DNA of 64,000 nucleotides from the human T2T-CHM13v2.0 reference genome, Homo sapiens, in the NCBI RefSeq assembly GCF_009914755.1, contig NC_060934.1. One strand, given 5' to 3'. Below, piece by piece: positions 1-17,139 of the stretch. Position numbers and translations under genes: made by a program. How positions within the stretch are numbered: the first letter of the stretch is position 1; the number at the start of each line of letters is the position of its first letter. Under the pieces are notes generated by a model. The model was not told where the DNA came from, ran no database searches, and saw only the letters and a list, made by a program, of their open reading frames with translations.

Positions 1-1
1 G

Positions 2-1075
<1,074 letters not shown>

Positions 1076-1699
1076 TCAAAATAAAAACACTGATAGAAAT
1101 GGAGAAGGAGTGATGGACATGTCCCCGTTCTAGTAGGCTGCCTGAATGCAGGCAAAAACCAGCAAGCACGCTGGAGGCAGGGCAGCCGTGGCCACCTGAC
1201 ACGCACGGCTGCCTGACATGCACGGAGCCTGGCCCCTTTCTCGACGGAGCACACGCCGTTCAGACGTGTGCAGAACATTTACCAAAACCAACCAGGGCTG
1301 CACCACGTGCAGCCACTGCAGAGTCCCCAGGACCGAGACCACTCGGTGTGTTTTCAACCACCAGGACATTAAACAGGAAGTCAGTCATGAAAATAGACCC
1401 GTGAGAAACAGTCGCCTTGAAATTAAACAAGATACAATCATCAAGTCAGTCAAACAAGAAATTGCAATGGAATTTATAAAACGGACTTAGAGAATGAAAA
1501 TACTGAGGGAAGAGAAAAGGAAAAGTCAGTGAGGCCGACAGCCAAGGCTGGTCTTTGGAGAAACAGCCTGAAATGTCACAGCCACAGGCAGAGAGAGAGC
1601 TGCCAGGCAAAACCAAGCTGCGGCAGCACTGGTGAGTCGGGGGGAGGGAGGGCAGCAGAGAAGCCTTCGTTCTCCAGGTCATCAGCCGGCTGCCAGGGA

Positions 1700-2090
1700 A
1701 AGTTTCCTCCCCTTTTCAGGCATGAACACGGTGGGCTCCGAGGGAACCTGCATGGGTTGTGGGAGGGGGTGGGGGCTTATCCAAAACACACCCACAGCTG
1801 CACAAACAAGAGAGGCTGCGCTTTGTGCTCCCTAAAGACACACCCGCAGCGGCACAGATAAGGAAGTCACAAGAACAGCGAAAGAGACCAGCGGACTTTC
1901 TTATCAAAGCGTTTGGATTCAACTGTGAAAATGGCAGCCCACTCGGGCCCCCTCTCCGCCACAGAGAGCTTTTTTCTTTCACTTATTAAACTTTCGCTGC
2001 AACTTCTCCCTGTGTCCACGCGCCTTAATTTTCTGGGTTGTGAGACGATGGACAACGAGCTCGGATAACACCTTAGACAACGTGACCAGC
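1700..2090 (+). mobile_element. ERV1-class LTR remnant (boundaries approximate)
   Basis: ATTAAA signal followed by U5-like 'ctttcgctgcaacttc...ccttaattttct...gtgagac...ctcggataacacc', typical of ERV1 LTR 3' ends. Confidence 0.6.
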
Positions 2091-3397
2091 AACCCTAGAC
2101 CGTGTCGATCCTACGTATCAAAACTTGGGAGACTAAAACGGGGGTTAGAGGAAAAATACAGCCTTGAATACAAGAAAAAACCCAGAAAAACCTTGATTTA
2201 AGCTTTGATTTCAAGAAGCTGGACAACAACATAAATCATATCTAAGGACAGCAAAAGGCAGGTACGTCCCGGCCTGGCCTGCATGGGGCGGGGGCCGCGG
2301 AAGAACCCTGCGCCCTCCACACGGGACTTGACGTCTGCTCTGCCCTGGCCCCTCCTCGCTGGAGCACCATCAGCAGCATTCATGGATGAGGACGCAGCTC
2401 ACAGGAGGCCCTGCCGACCCTCGCTTCTGGTCCACACCCACCCGCTACCTGAGCAGGCCAATGGAGGCTGGTTGCATGCAGAGCCTCGATTCCATCAATT
2501 CACTCGAGGTACATCAAGTCCTGTGCTAGGTCCTGAAGACGCAGGACAGACATTTCAGGGCCGACCCAGGGCTGCACGGCACCTGGTGGGGGGATTGCCC
2601 TGGGCATGGAGCCAGGCACATATGGCGTGGTTGCTCCAGTCCCTGAGGGCATCTTCCTTAGGAGCTGGTGTGTGGGGACGAGCCCAGCTTCTCTGCTGGG
2701 GCAGGTGCCTTCCGGGGGAGGAGCTGGCATCTGCACAAGTGTTTAGGAAGGTGACCTGGGGCCTTGCGTGGCTTGTAGGGGCCATCACCAGGGTCCTGAG
2801 GGAGCAGGTCACTCCTGCAGCTGACTCAGCCCAGCTGGGCAGCCTTGCAGCCTTCTGGAGAAGGGTGGGCCCTGGGCTGAGAGTGAAGAAGGTCCCGACC
2901 GCCCTTCTCAGAGCCACCTGGGCATGGAGGCAGCAGCCTCCCTGGGCTGTAGGGGGTGGGGGATGGAGGGGAGCCAAGGCTGCCTAGGGCTGGCCCTGCT
3001 GTGCACTGGCATGGGGGCCACGGCGCCCGGTGCTCAGGCCCACCCTAGGCCGCTCCTGCAGCTTCTGAGCTCCCCAGGTCCCTGTGCGGGGCCTGGCCAG
3101 AGCCGCTGCTGCGGGACACACCAGTTGCGTTGCTCCACGCTCGCCAGCACAGGGCTTGATTGGGGCGGGCCGCGTGCTGGGGCGGGCTGGCTCTGTGCTG
3201 CTGTGGGCCGACCCAAGTGCCCGCCTGCCCTCCTTGCCTACTCCACAGACACTGTGTTTCCCTCCCAGGTCTGTTCCGGAAGGCCTGAGTTTTGCCAGCC
3301 CCATTTCTTCCCTCACGCCTACTTCCTACATTTTTCTCTCTTCCTGGGGCCACTGCTGCAATCACAGGAGTCCTAAACACTTCGCTTGTGTTTTTCA

Positions 3398-3913
<516 letters not shown>

Positions 3914-4048
3914 TCATGAAGTCTCAGAAAACTCAAAATGGAAGAATGTATATTTCCCTCAAAACATTCTACATATTCAACTTTTTTTTTTACCAAAATG
4001 GAGTCCACCTCTATTGAGCTCTTTAATCCACATATGCATTAATTATTA

Positions 4049-4522
<474 letters not shown>

Positions 4523-5033
4523 TCAGGCATGCCTCTGAAGCATGGAAGCTTCTGGTAAGCCTGAATCTACATCCCCACAACTTGGATGAGGCATAACCGA
4601 CGTAAGAAACTCATAACAAACTGCGCAGATCTACAGTGGAAAACTGACACACTTTGATCACGAATACACCCGTGAAACCATCACCACCTTCGAGATAATG
4701 CAGTAGCCCTTATCCCCAAATCTCTTCGCGTCCCCTCATGTTCCCTCCCGGTCACCTAGCTGCCTGCCGGCACCCTGCATTCCTTGGCATTTTCCAGAAC
4801 CGTACCTAAGTGGAGGCGCACAGAGTGCTGTCTTTCCGTCTGGTTCATTTTCCTCGGTAAAGTCACCGTGAGACTCCCCCACGCGGCTGCACGCATGCTC
4901 CTTCCCTCTCACAGCCGGCGTCGGTGCACCGTGTGCACGCGCCACACCCTGCTTATCTATTCAAATATTTTATTTCCAGTTCTGGGGCTACTACCAATAA
5001 AGCTGCTGCCAACATTCATGTGCAAGGTATCCA

Positions 5034-6410
5034 CAGATCCTGATCCACAGACGTGGTATGTTCCTCCATTTACTTAGGAATTCTCAGATCCTGATCCACA
5101 GACGTGGTATGTTCCTCCATTTACTTAGGAATTCTCAGATCCTGATCCACAGACGTGGTATGTTCCTCCATTTACTTAGGAATTCTCAGATCCTGATCCA
5201 CAGACCTGGTATGTTCCTCCATTTACTTAGACATTCTCAGATCCTGATCCACAGACGTGGTATGTTCCTCCATTTACTTAAGAATTCTCAGATCCTGATC
5301 CACAGACGTGGTATGTTCCTCCATTTACTTAGGAATTCTCAGATCCTGATCCACAGACGTGGTATGTTCCTCCATTTACTTAAGAATTCTCAGATCCTGA
5401 TCCACAGACGTGGTATGTTCCTCCATTTACTTAGGAATTCTCAGATCCCAATCCACAGACGTGGTATGTTCCTCCATTTACTTAGACATTCTCAGATCCT
5501 GATCCACAGACGTGGTATGTTCCTCCATTTACTTAAGAATTCTCAGATCCTGATCCACAGACGTAGTATGTTCCTCCAGTTACTTAGGAATTCTCAGATC
5601 CTGATCCACAGACGTGGTATGTTCCTCCATTTACTTAAGAATTCTCAGATCCTGATCCACAGACGTGGTATGTTCCTCCATTTACGTAGGAATTCTCAGA
5701 TCCTGATCCACAGACGTGGTATGTTCCTCCATTTACTTAGACATTCTCAGATCCTGATCCACAGACGTGGTATGTTTCTCCATTTACTTAGACATTCTCA
5801 GATCCTGATCCACAGACGTGGTATGTTTCTCCATTTACTTAGACATTCTCAGATCCTGATCCACAGACGTGGTATGTTCCTCCAGTTACTTAGGAATTCT
5901 CAGATCCTGATCCACAGACGTGGTATGTTTCTCCATTTACTTAGACATTCTCAGATCCTGATCCACAGACGTGGTATGTTCCTCCATTTACGTAGGAATT
6001 CTCAGATCCTGATCCACAGACGTGGTATGTTCCTCCATTTACTTAGACATTCTCAGATCCTGATCCACAGACGTGGTATGTTCCTCCATTTACTTAGGAA
6101 TTCTCAGATCCTGATCCACAGACGTGGTATGTTCCTCCATTTACTTAGGAATTCTCAGATCCTGATCCACAGACGTGGTATGTTTCTGCATTTAGACATT
6201 CTCAGATCCTGACCCACAGACGTGGTATGTTTCTCTATTTACTTAGCTATTCTCAGATCCTGATCCACAGACGCGGTCTGTTTCTCCATTTACTTAGACA
6301 TTCTCAGATCCTGATCCACACACATGGTATGTTTCTCCAGTTACTTAGGCATTCTCAAATTCTGATCCACAGACATGATGCATTTCTCCATTTACCTAGG
6401 TATTCTCAAA
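5034..6410. repeat. 51-bp minisatellite, ~27 copies
   Basis: Unit cagatcctgatccacagacgtggtatgttcctccatttacttaggaattct with few variants; degenerates at the right end. Confidence 0.97.
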
Positions 6411-7990
6411 TTTTTCTCAGTTATCTTTTGTAGTTCTCAGAGTACAAGTTCTCACATTTTTGGGACAGATTTCATTTTTAAATGCTGTCATAAAATTGTT
6501 TCAAAATTTTTAATGTCTGATTATTTCTAGCATGTAGAAATATACAACTGATATCTGCATATTGTTCTTATATCCTGCAACCTTACAAAACTCAGCATTA
6601 GTAGCTTTATTTTTTGGTGGATTGCATAGGACTGTGTATGCAGACAACTATGTTATCTGTGAATAAAAACAGTTTCATTCCTTCCTTTCCAATCTGGATG
6701 CTTTTAATTTCCTTTTTTCCTGCCGGATTCCATAGGCCGGAACTCCCATGTCAACACGGAACACAGGTGAGAAGAGGGCACATCCTCGTCTTCGTCCTTA
6801 TCGAAAGGGGGCATCAGTCTTTCTCCCACAATTGTGACGTTAGCTCTAGCTTTTTCATAGATGTCCTTTATCAGGTTGAGGAAGTTTTCCTGTATTAATT
6901 GTTTGCTAGGAGTGTTTACCAGGAATGGGTGTTGAATTTTGTCAAATGCTTTTCCTGCATCCACAAAGATGATCATATGGTTTTTGTTAGTTTTGAAAAA
7001 ATATGGTGAAATTAATTAATTTTTGAATGTTAAACTATTCCTGGGGTAACCTTGGCTTGGTTATGATGTATTATCCTTTTTATATATTGTGGGATTTAAT
7101 TTGCTAAAATTTTGCTCACAAGGAATGCTGGTCAGTAGCTTTTTGTTGTTGTTAATGTTTTTATCTTGTTTTGGTATCAAGGTAATATTTGTATCATAGA
7201 AAAAGTGGGATGTATTCTCTCCTTTTCAAGTTTCTAGAATAATTTGTGTAGAACTCGTATTATTTTTTCTTAAATATTTGGCAGAATTCACTAGTAAAGC
7301 CATCTGGGCTTGACGTTTCCTTTGTGAGAATGTTTTTAATTACAAATTAAAAATTTAAAATATATAGGGCTACTCAGGCTATCTCTTTCTTTTTGAGTGG
7401 GCTTTGGTAGTTCATGCTTTCAAGGAATTTTTCCATTTCGTCTAAGTTGGCAGACATATTAGCATAAAGTTGTTTGTAATATGATTCCCTTATCCTTTCA
7501 ATATCTGTAGAATCCATGGAGAAATTGTGTCTCTCATTTCTGATAGTGGTAATTTATGTCATCTTTTTTTTCTGATCCGTCTGACTAGAAGTTTTTCAAT
7601 TTACTGATCTTTTCAAAGAACTAGCTTTGGTTTCATTACTTTTCTCTTTTATTTTTCTGTTTTCTATTTCACTGATCGATTGCCCCTCAGATCTTTAATT
7701 TTTATTCCTCTGCTTATTTGGGAACTGAGTTTGCTCTTTTTATAGTTTTGTAAGGTGCAGGCTGAAGTAATTGATTTGAATCTTTTCCCATTTCTCCTAC
7801 AGGTGTTTAGTGCTGTAAATTTCCATCTCGGTATTGAATTGGCAACATCTTAAACACTTTGATAGGTGTTTTTTTATTCCCTTCAGTTCAAAATACTTTC
7901 CCCCTTGATTTCTTCTGTGGCCCACAGTTATTATGACATTTGCTATTTATTTTTCAAATCTTTGGCATTTCGTGCATACATAGCTTTCTG

Positions 7991-8303
7991 TGTTTTGTTT
8001 TGTTTTGTTTTGTTTTGTTTTGAGATGGAGTTTCGCTCTGTCGCCCAGGCTGGAGTGCAGTGGCGTGATCGCCACTCACTGCAAGCTCTTCCCCCCCAGG
8101 TTCACGCCATTCTCCTGCCTCAGCCTCCCGAGTAGCTGGGATTACAGGCGCCCGCCACCATGCCTGGTTAATTTTTTGTATTTTTAGTGGAGATGGGGTT
8201 TCACCATGTTAGCCAGGATGGTCTCGATCTCCTGACCTCGTGATCTGCCCTCCTCAGCCTCCCAAAGTGACGGGATTACACGCATGAGCCACTGTGCCCG
8301 GCC
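7991..8303 (-). mobile_element. Full-length Alu (AluY/Sc-like)
   Basis: Reverse Alu with (TTTTG)n tail; target-site duplication agctttctg at 7982-7990 and 8304-8312. Confidence 0.95.
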
Positions 8304-11205
8304 AGCTTTCTGGTTTTTTTTAATTGAGGTAAAAGTCACATAACACAAAATTAACCGTTTAAAAATATACAATTCAGTGGCACTTACACGTTCACAACAT
8401 TGTGCCACCATCATCTCTAATTCCACGACATTTTCATCACTCCAAAAGGAAACCCCTCGCCCATTAAAAAATCATCCCTTATCCTCCTTGCCCTGTTTCT
8501 ATGGATTTATCTATCTCTCTGTTTCTGATTTCTAATTTAGATTGTGGCACCAGTACATATTTTATATAACTTAAATCTTTTAAAATTATTGAGACTTGTT
8601 TTATGGTCCAAAATACAGTCCATCTTGAAACATATTCATGTGCACACAAAGAGCATCTTATTCTGCTGTTGTTGGGTGAACGTTCTAGAAATATCTTCAG
8701 GTCATATTGGTTGGTAGTGTTGTTCAAATCTTCTAGTGATTTGCTGATTTTCTGGCTACTTACTCTATTAACACTGAGAGAGAGGAACTGAAATCTGACT
8801 GTAATTGTAGAGTTGTCTATTTCTCCGTTGCAATTTTATTTTATCAGTTTTTGCTTCATTGATTGTGAAACTCTGTTATTAGCTACAGAAATGTTTGCAT
8901 TTATAGCCTCTTGACTGGTTGAGCCGTTTGCACTATAAAATGAGTTTGTTTATCCTTGGTAATATTCTTTTTTCCAAAATCGGCTGTGTGTGTTGTTAAT
9001 ATAGCCACTCCAGCTTTCTTTTCATTAGTGTTAGCATGGTACATTTTTTCCATTCTTCTCCTTTTAACCTATTTATGTCTTAATATTTAAAGTGGCTTTC
9101 TTGTAGGTAGCCCATAGTTGGGTTTTGCTTTTTTATATAATCTGATAGATTCTTTTAACTGAGGGTGTTCTGATTATTTAAATTTCATGTGATTATTCCA
9201 TGATTAGGTCTAAGGTTATCATCTTGCTGTTTATTTTCTGTTGGTCTCACCTGTCCTTTATTCTTTTTCTTTTTTCTGCTTTCAGGGGGACAAATGAATA
9301 CTTGTTATGATTTCCATTTATCTCCTTTCTTGGCTCATGCAGCATACATCTGTATTCTGGTATTTCTGTGGCTGTTTTGGTATGTAGTGTATGATATCAC
9401 TTCACGCAGAGCATAGAAACCTTGCATTTGTTACTGACCTCCCAATCTTTATGCTATTGTTGTCGTACATTTTTACATGTTAGAGACCCCATGCTACATT
9501 GTTATTATTGTTTAAGCAGCCAATTATCTTTTAGAGTGATTTTTAGAAGAAGAATTGGACACAATTTCCCCTGGAGTTTACGTGTTCGAGGCTCTCCATG
9601 CACCTGTGTGGATCCACACTTCCAGTGGGTGTGGCTTCCTTCTGCCTGCAGGACTGACTCCAAGAGCTCCTGCAGGGCTCAGCCACTGAGGACGCCTTCC
9701 TTCAGCTCTCGAGTGTTTGGAGAAACATCTTTATCTCACTTTCATTAAGAATCATATTTTCTGGGTACAGAATTCCAGGTTGGCAGTGTTTCCTCTCGGC
9801 CTTCACAGAGGTCCCTGCGCTGGGCTCTCAGCTACACTGCTTCTGCAGGAAGCTGCGCCATTCACCTCTGCCACTCTGCACACAACACACAGTGCTCTCT
9901 GGCTGATGCTAAGATGCTCTTCTTGCACTGGTGTTAAAGTGTTTGGTTATGGTGTGCCCTGATATAGTTTCATTCCTCTTTCTAGTTCTTGTGCTTGGGA
10001 CTCATTCAGCTTCTTGGATCTGTGGGTTTGTATTTATTTTTATCAAATTTGGAAAATTTTCAGTCATTAGTTATTCAAATTATTCTGTTTATTCTACTTT
10101 CTCCTCTTCTCCCAGGATTCCAATTACACCTATATTCGTGCACTTAAAACTGTGTGACTTTAATTTTTGTTCTTTTTAATTTCATTTTCTCTTTTTAAAA
10201 GTTTCTGTTGCTATGTCTCTAAGTTCTCCAATGTTTTCTCCTGCCATCATTGTCATTCACCCCACCTGGTGCCTTCTTCATCTCCTGTGTTGTGGTTTTC
10301 ACCCTGAAAGTTTGGGTTTTCTTCCTTTTACATCTTCACCATTTCTACTTAACTTTCTGAACATACAGAATACAGTGATAACTTGTCTTCCAATTATAAT
10401 ATCTGTGCCCATTGATCAATTTGCTTTTGATTGATCAATTATTCTTCCTAATTTCCTGCTTTTCTATACGGCAATATTTTATCGGTTGCCAGACATTTGG
10501 GCTTTGTCTTCCTTTGGGGTCTGGTGGGCATTTCTGCATTCCTGTATGTGTTCTTCAGGCTTGGGCTCTGTTCCGGGACAGTTATCTTCTCAAAGGAAAT
10601 AGCTGGGTCCTTTCAGGTCTGCTTTCTAGGGTCTCTCAGGCAGGTCTGGAGCGGGGCTCACCCAGGCCTAATGACCCCCGACTGAGGCAAGGCCCTGTGT
10701 CTGCTTTGCCCGATGCCCCAGGGATCATGAGGTTTTCCAATCCGGCTGGTGAAGTAGGTGCTGTTCCCACCCTAGAACCCTTTTGGGTGGGTTCTTCCCC
10801 AGCATGGGGTAGCTTCCTCTCAAGAATGTGCTGATTAGTCCTTGGTAGGACACTCCGGGGCCTCCCTCGAAGGTCTTGGGGTTTTCTCTCTGTGCAGCCC
10901 TCTCCTGCCCTCCCCTCCCTGGGGCTCTGTCCCATGAGTGGCAGTGCCTGGCTCTCCCCAGGCTCTCGGCTCCATCCTGTGACTCAGGTCACCAGCGGAC
11001 TCCACCTGAGCCGCCGTGGTGAGCTCGGACCTTAGCTCAGGGACCACTGCCTGTCATTGCTGACGTCTAGTGTTTTCAAAGTCTTTGTTTCATACACTGT
11101 TTGTTTTTTTGTTGTTTCAGATGGGGGAGTATCTGATCCCTGTTATTCCATTTCAGCTAGAAGCAGAAGTCAGCTGGCTTGTAAGGTAAGTTACAGTGGG
11201 GTTTA

Positions 11206-11457
<252 letters not shown>

Positions 11458-11896
11458 TTATAAGACATAAGAATGGAATTTTAAAACATTATGTTATTAT
11501 TACTAAATGTTTAATATGTCATTTTCTATCATACTGTATATTTTATTAGTGCTTAAAATGATGTTTTAAAATAGCTAACATGTAAAGACATCCTCGATAC
11601 GTCTTAGAGGTTTAAGAAGCTGGAATAATGCAGTATGTACAGTGTATTATGGTTATAAAAATTAAGTGTGCGCTTGAAGGAGATTTGCTGAAGCAATTCC
11701 ACAGCATCAGCTTTACCCAGCGGGCTGGGTCTGATCAGCTAACTGAACTTCTGCAAGGACAATGTACGACATCCACAGTAACAGACACGGCTCAGGTCAG
11801 ACCTTGTGGTGGGTTATGCTTCCCTCGCGCAGGCTTCTACACGCCCGCACTGGGCCCGCCGTGTCGAGACGCTTGCGTGTGGACAAGTCCGGGGGC

Positions 11897-12165
11897 CATA
11901 GGTTGGGGGCAGGGCAGTGGGCAGGGCCAGGGAGGCTTTGCTGGGGGCGGCCCCAGGTTGGGGGCAGGGAGGTGGGCGGGGCCATGGAGGCTTTGCTGGG
12001 GGTGGCCCCAGGTTGGAGGCAGGGCGGTGGGCGGGGCCAGGGAGGCTTTGCTGGGGGTGGCCCCAGGTTGGAGGCAGGGCGGTGGGCGGGGCCAGGGAGG
12101 CTTTGCTGGGGGCGACCCCAGGTTTGGGGCAGGGCTGTGGGCGGGGCCAGGGAGGCTTTGCCAGG
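11897..12165. repeat. ~55-bp G-rich minisatellite, ~5 copies
   Basis: Unit ccccaggttggaggcagggcggtgggcggggccagggaggctttgctgggggtgg. Confidence 0.92.
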
Positions 12166-12736
12166 GTGGGAGTGGCTGGCAGCTGCTGTGGTGGGGACGG
12201 CTGGCATCAGGGCTGTGCTGGCCCTGCCCTCGGTGGGAGCAGCCCCTGAGATGCCGTCTGCGGCCGCGCTACAGAGCCATGCAGGGCAGGGCCACCTCCT
12301 GAGGTCAGGGCCCTGCAAGCAGCTCAGGGCTGTGCTCGGGATGTGCACGTGTGACCTGGGCCTGGGCATGTGTGTGCAATGCGCGTGTGCCTGTGGCTGG
12401 TGGGGGTGGGTGGTGCTGTATGTCTGTGCGTGTCTGCCAAGGGCTGGAGGTGCAAGGCCCAATGTGGATGCCCTCGAGGAAGGTGTGGGCAGCCGCAGGG
12501 CTGGGGCCAGAAGGAGGCCCTGTCAGGGGCAACGGGGGCTCCCCCGACGGGGAGGGCTGGGCATGTGATCAGAACGTGTGGGTGAGGCGGCAGCCGAGAG
12601 CTTCCCAGGGGAGGGTCCTGTGGACCCCGCGGGGGTGCAGCCGGGGTGAGCCAGGCCCAGAAGGCAGGATGGCGCTGGGCGTGTTGTGTGTAAGAGAAGC
12701 AGTGACTCCCGTGCAGGGGTCGTGGAGGCAGCCTTA

Positions 12737-12943
<207 letters not shown>

Positions 12944-13124
12944 TCAGAAGCCCCAGGGCCGCGTCAGGGCTTGCGGCTGGGCTGCCGCTGTTCTCCCCGG
13001 TGTTCATCCAGGGATGCTCGGAGAAACGCTTTCGGAGCATTTCTCGAAAATCAACATCATATGGGCCTCATTCTGTGATCGCATGTGATAAAATCAGAAA
13101 CTCACAAGCCCCACCCCAGGCACT

Positions 13125-13777
<653 letters not shown>

Positions 13778-14082
13778 TTATACCGACACACCACAGACTT
13801 AGAGGAAAAGGTTTCCCAGGCCCTTCCCAAGGCCCTGAAGTTGACTTTCTAAGCCAAACAGACGGGACATGTGGATGGAAGGTCCACTTCTCAAAGAAAG
13901 TCTGAAGCAAGCTCAGGAAACTTCTGGAGCTTTCTGGAGCTGCACGGAAAGCTGTGGATATGTGGCCCCATGACGTGGGTCTCTGAACTTGCATAGACTT
14001 GACGTATGGCACAAAAATTGCAGATGGAAAAGAGGAAACCACAGCTTTCACGCTAATGAACAGTGTTTCTTACAAAGAGTTA

Positions 14083-14346
<264 letters not shown>

Positions 14347-14352
14347 TCATCA

Positions 14353-14664
<312 letters not shown>

Positions 14665-17139
14665 TCAGACATGCTTGGGTTCCTCTACAGATGTGTGCAG
14701 GCAGGGAGACAGGAGCAGGCAGAGAGAAGGAAGAGGGAGACAGAGAGGCAGAGACAGACAGACGCACCAGGTGAGGGGAAGACAGGGCTGCTCACTCTGG
14801 CAGTGGAAGGGTGGGGCCCATGGCCGCCCTCGCACTCCCTGGCAGGACTTGCAGTGCTGCCCGGCTCCTGCCCCACTGTGGTTCCTTGAGTGGGACGCCC
14901 GCCTCCCTGCCCTCCAGAGGTTTCTCTGGAGTCAGCACCAGCTGCAGCGCGCATGACTGTATCTCATTCCATTTAATTATATTTCAGTGAGGAGCTGACA
15001 AGTGGAATCGGCGTTCAGGGAGGCACAGCCCCACTCTGGCTGGTCTTCGGGGGGATTTGTCTCCCTCTGCCTGAGCTGAGCGGCAGGAAACTTCGTCCCC
15101 GGAGCCTCCTGGGGCTCCTGCTGGCCCCGTCCTGGCCCTGTCTTTTAGGGGCTCCCGCTTGGGGCGAAAGGCTTCGGGACAGCCACACCTGGACACGGAT
15201 GCTGAGCGGCTCAGAGCCTCCCAGAGCCAGGCCTCCCCATCCGGGGGCCTGCAGCCAGGGAGCTGGGCAGCCACATGATCTGGGACAGAAATACAGGGCA
15301 GACTGTGCTAAGAACAGAGAGGTGCTGGTCAGAGGGTGAGGAGAGGACGGGAGCGGTGGCGGGAAAGCCGGTCCCAGCTGCAGGGCTGCCCAGGTGTCTT
15401 CTGCAGTGGAAAGGCAGCGTCCTGTTCCCATGTATCACTTTCTGGCCAAACAAGAGGCTCTGTGTGCTCGTTTGGACCTGGGCAGGCCCCTCCCAGGTGT
15501 AGCTGCAGGTGTGGGGACAGAGGGGAGGGTGGGCTGATGAGCTGGGGCTACCCGCCGCCAGAGAGCAGGTGTCCCAGCTGCTGAGGGCTCCATCTCTGGC
15601 CGTTCCATGCATTTAGATGCCCAGGACGAGGGAGGGGCCCCAGCCACTAGGGAGGCATGCCCCAGTTGTGCCCCTGCCCGACACAGGATCCACCTGGACG
15701 CCACAGCCTGCATGCACCTGGGCATGGCTGTGACCGCCAGACGGCGTAGGCAGGGCCTGGGCCCATAGCAGCCTCGTGGGCAGTCAGGTGGCCTGAGGGT
15801 AGGCAGGTGGGCGACTGGGCTCTGTGGAAGGGCATTCCTGGCCTCTGGACCAAGCCTGGCAGGGGGCTGCAGGCCTCTGAGGAGGGAAGAGGGGGAGGCC
15901 CTTCGTGGCTGGGCCCAGAGAGAAGGGCTGGCAAGGGTCCAACGGGGCCGGGCCCCTGCGGGGCTTGTTGAGGGCAGCTACAGTGGGCCGGAGGCCGGCG
16001 ACAGGGCGGGCAGGGGCTTCCACATGGAGAGGAGGAGGGTGCGGAGGTGGGACAGAGCTTGGCCGGGGGTGAGGAGCGCCCAGAAGGCAGGGAGAGGACA
16101 GGGTGGGTGGGGCGGGGTGGGGGGTGCGTGAGGCTGATGCCAGGGTTTCCAGTGCCGACACTGAGTGGGAGGGGCAGAGCCCTGTCCTGAGGAGTGGGCA
16201 GTACAACAATAGTCACAACCCCCAAGGCAGATGTTTCCAGCCTGGAGGCCTCTGAGGTCGGCGGGGGTCTGAGTGCTGAGTGCTGAGGCTACAGTGGGAG
16301 AGCCCAGGGGAGGTCAGACCCCCGAGAGACAAGGCCACTGTGTGGGTGGGCCTGAGAGGGGAGGGGTGCCACCAGCAGGACGGAGAGAGCCCCGCGGAGG
16401 AGAGACCAGGGTGGAAGGGCAGAGCGCACTCCCATCGCCGGCCTCGGGGAGCAGGTTCAGGAGAGGCTGGAGGGGGACGGGGCGGCCGGGCTGCACTGGC
16501 TGAGGGTGAGGAGGGGCGGGAGGGGAGGGCAGCACATGGAGGCAGGCTTTCTGTGGTGTGGATGTGGCTGAGAAGCCAGGGTGAGCTGAGGGCAAAGTTG
16601 AGGACGGGAGGTAGGAGGCCTTCAGGCAAGAGGGCGGGAAAGATCAAGGAAACAAACAACTTCCTGTCAGAAGCGCCTGCTGTGAAACAAAGTCCCTGCA
16701 AAACAGCGGCTGCAGGAAGGAGGGTGGCGAACCCACGTTCGCGGGAGTCCAGCACCCATCACGTCTGTCCTGGGTCTGGGCTCCAAGGTCCACGGTGGCC
16801 CCGGGTATGAGGCAGGTTCACTCCCCAAGTCCCAGAGCTCAGGACCACGGAGGCCCCGGCATGCAGCAGACTCACTCCCTAAGTCCCAGGGCTCTCACCA
16901 CCTCCCACTGCCTCCCGACCCCGGGGTGAGGGAGACTGGGCCTCTGCCCACCTCGGAGGCTTGACTCTTGCCCCGGGAGCTCCCAGGAGCTCTTCCACAC
17001 CTCCAGCCCTGCGGCCCCAGCAGAGGCTGGCCCTCTTCTGTGTCTGCGGCTAAAAGAATGCTGCACCCATGTATGTCCCCTCCATAGCTGTCCACAGCAT
17101 CCTCAGTCCCTTCCTTGGACAAGCTCCCTTTTGACCCTG

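Larger units (their letters stand above)
4570..10450 (-). mobile_element. Fragmented old L1 (L1M-type), interrupted by a VNTR and an Alu
   Basis: T-rich plus strand; ORF 6704..6976 MIIFVDAGKAFDKIQHPFL matches the L1 ORF2 RT motif (MIISIDAEKAFDKIQHPF); L1 3'-end-like pieces near 4600-4730 and 8320-8470. Confidence 0.8.

Noticed and set aside
5058-6212. 384-aa repeat ORF as a protein-coding gene
   Set aside because: It is entirely a 51-bp VNTR with no unique domain or splice context, antisense within an intron
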